A stretch of DNA of 64,000 bases from Lytechinus pictus (lineage: Eukaryota): NCBI RefSeq assembly GCF_037042905.1, contig NC_087251.1, positions 8,868,001-8,932,000 on the forward strand, written 5' to 3'. The position numbers and the translations under genes are program-made. The notes beneath the pieces were generated by a model. That model was given only the letters and a program-made list of their open reading frames with translations, searched no databases and was not told where the DNA came from. Shown here in pieces: positions 61,979-64,000 of this stretch (positions are counted from its first letter, which is position 1; every line of letters begins with the position of its first letter).

Positions 61979-63616
61979 CAGAGCTGCCAAGTTGTATTTT
62001 GCATTTTCAGTATTCTTATCCCCAAAATCAGTATTTTGACAAAAAATCAGTATTTTTACCGTGTGAGATTAATATTTTGTATTTTTTCCCAAAAAAGTGT
62101 ATTTCATAATAAAATGCTTTGCGCACTCGCCCATCACGGCGCTCAAGCTGCATGCAAGCTAAAATGCGCACTGCTCTTACAGATGGAAAAAAAAAAACCA
62201 TTGAAACTTGTGTATATCTCACCCTGGTTTTTACAAAATGATTGAAAAAAAAAAGCAAGTTACCGTACCTGAAATTACATACCATATTTGTGTACGTTTT
62301 ATGAAATAGAGACATATAGAGATGATTTTTCTCAATAAAATTACGATTTTGTATGGCAAGTTCCCCCAAGTCTGCGCAGTCCCCCTTGTCTGCGCACACG
62401 CGTATCTGCGCGATTCTAATAAAAGAAGATACGCAACGAGCACAAACTTTAAACATGCAATACATAGACAGGTATTCATAAAAAAATCTGACTCAAAATG
62501 GTGGAAAAATAATGAATTTAGGGCATTTCATGTGACGGCATCAAAATCCCGGAATCGTGTGCAAAGTGAATGCGTGCGCAGACATGGGGTATCATTTTTT
62601 TTTCAATCTGAAAATGACTGCCCGAGGTTTTTCAAGAAAATCCTATATTTTCTTTCATTTTATAATGAGAAATTTAGTATGATGGTGGGCCCTAAGTCTG
62701 CGCACCTAACAATTTGAGTTAAGATTTAACATGAATTTCTTCTTATTTCACAAAATCTTTTGGATAATAATGTTCCTTATATTATTGAGAGTAAGTATAC
62801 CAAATTTCTCATTAAAAAATGAAAGAAAATATAGGATTTTCTTGAAAAAACCTTGGGCAGTCATTTTCAGATTGAAAAAAAAAATGGTACCCCATGTCTG
62901 CGCACTCATTCACTTTGCACACGATTCGGAGATTTTGATGAGAAAGGCTGTATTTTGAGGCCGTCACATGAAATGCCCTGAATTCATTATTTTTTCACCA
63001 TTTTGAGTCGGATTTTTTTATGAATACCTGTCTATGTATTGCATGTGTAAAGTTCGTGCTCGTTGCGTATCCTCTTTTACTAGAATCGCGCAGATACGCG
63101 GGTGCGCAGACTTGGGAGACCGCGCAGACATGGGGGAACTGACCATACACTTACGGTAGGATGGGGGGTCGGGTGTCCGGACACTTTATATTTTTGAAGC
63201 CTTCTTTTTTGTCTTTGGATTAGACTAAAAATATGAATTCAATAGTTGTAATCATCTTCCATTTTGTTCTCTATAATATTTCCTTACATTTTGCACTAAA
63301 AATTGATGAAACTTCGCTTGTAAATTTTTCCAAATGACTTTCTAAAATTGATCGTCCGGACACACAACCTGTCCGGACACACAACAACTGGGTATACTCT
63401 TAATAATGTAGCTAAGGAACATTATTAATTAAAAGATTTTGTGAAATAAGAAATTCATGTTAAATCTTAACCCAAATTGTTAGTTGCGCAGACTTGGGGC
63501 CCACCATCATAATTAAAAAAAAAAAAAAAAAAAACGTATTTTTTAAAGAAAAACGTACCTGTACTGCCATATTTTGGTTGCAAAAACGTACTAAAACGTA
63601 CTGGTTGGCAGGTCTG
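61979..63616. mobile_element. hAT-like element with apparent 6-bp TSD and nested palindromic elements
   Basis: CAGAGCTGCCAA...TTGGCAGGTCTG; flanks CTATAC at 61973-61978 and 63617-63622. Confidence 0.6.
62351..63148. mobile_element. 800-bp palindromic MITE
   Basis: GTATGGCAAGTTCCCCCA...TGGGGGAACTGACCATAC with about 330-bp inverted arms; repeated TCTGCGCA motifs. Confidence 0.85.
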
Positions 63617-63858
63617 CTATACCCAGTTGTTGTGAGTCCGGACGATCAATTTTAGAAAGTTATTTAGAATAGAAAAATTTACATGCGAAGTTTCATCAAT
63701 ATTTAATACAAAATGTAAGGAAATATTTATAGAGATCAAAATAGAAGATGATTAAAAAAATCCAACTAAAGTATTGAATTCATATTTTTAGTGTAATCCA
63801 AAGACAAAAAAGAAGGCTTCAAAAATATAAAGTGTCCGGACACCCGACCCCCATCCTA
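63157..63858. mobile_element. Palindromic MITE with about 230-bp arms
   Basis: TAGGATGGGGGGTCGGGTGTCCGGACAC / GTGTCCGGACACCCGACCCCCATCCTA. Confidence 0.8.
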
Positions 63859-64000
63859 ATTCAATTATCACTGGAGCTAAATAGCTATGTCAGTATGTGA
63901 CTGAGACTAAAACTAAGGACTAACAGTAACATTAAAACAAGTTTAAATAGACTGCGCGACAGCTTGCCTTTACAATTACAGTTTACTTAGCAGTTTACTG

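Noticed and set aside
59615..64000. Search for N-terminal VASH exon(s)
   Set aside because: No segment with vasohibin-like translation and splice sites was found; the region is mostly MITEs, so the 5' end is probably beyond the window.
1..64000. Autonomous transposon or reverse-transcriptase gene
   Set aside because: No ORF or recognisable fragment with DDE, RT or Rep/Helicase motifs; all elements seen are non-autonomous, so superfamily labels rest on termini and TSDs only.

Overview
AT-rich, intron-rich animal genomic DNA. The repeat style suggests an echinoderm such as a sea urchin, but this is an inference and cannot be verified here. Three protein-coding genes can be reconstructed by hand. 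(1) A complete 15-exon mitochondrial-type acetyl-CoA synthetase (ACSS1-like; minus strand, CDS 35923->9090, 710 aa). (2) A single-exon ORF of about 723 aa with three C-terminal C2H2 zinc fingers (plus strand, 44453-46624). (3) The last 8 coding exons of a vasohibin / tubulin carboxypeptidase (minus strand, 59614->52284; no 5' exon found in the window), containing two U12-type (minor spliceosome) introns. A probable first coding exon (MATPSQ|GT) of a fourth gene lies at 1549-1532. Introns and intergenic DNA are packed with non-autonomous DNA transposons (TTAA-TSD Kolobok- and piggyBac-like, TA-TSD, hAT-like with 5/6/8-bp TSDs, Helentron-like) and tRNA-derived SINEs, several of them nested. The most unusual features are an intronic tandem array built from the ACSS1 exon 6 end plus its splice donor, the paired U12 introns, and a 4.4-kb split hAT-like element carrying a higher-order satellite. 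No transposase ORF, CRISPR array, rRNA or genuine tRNA was seen, and no new multi-gene system is claimed.
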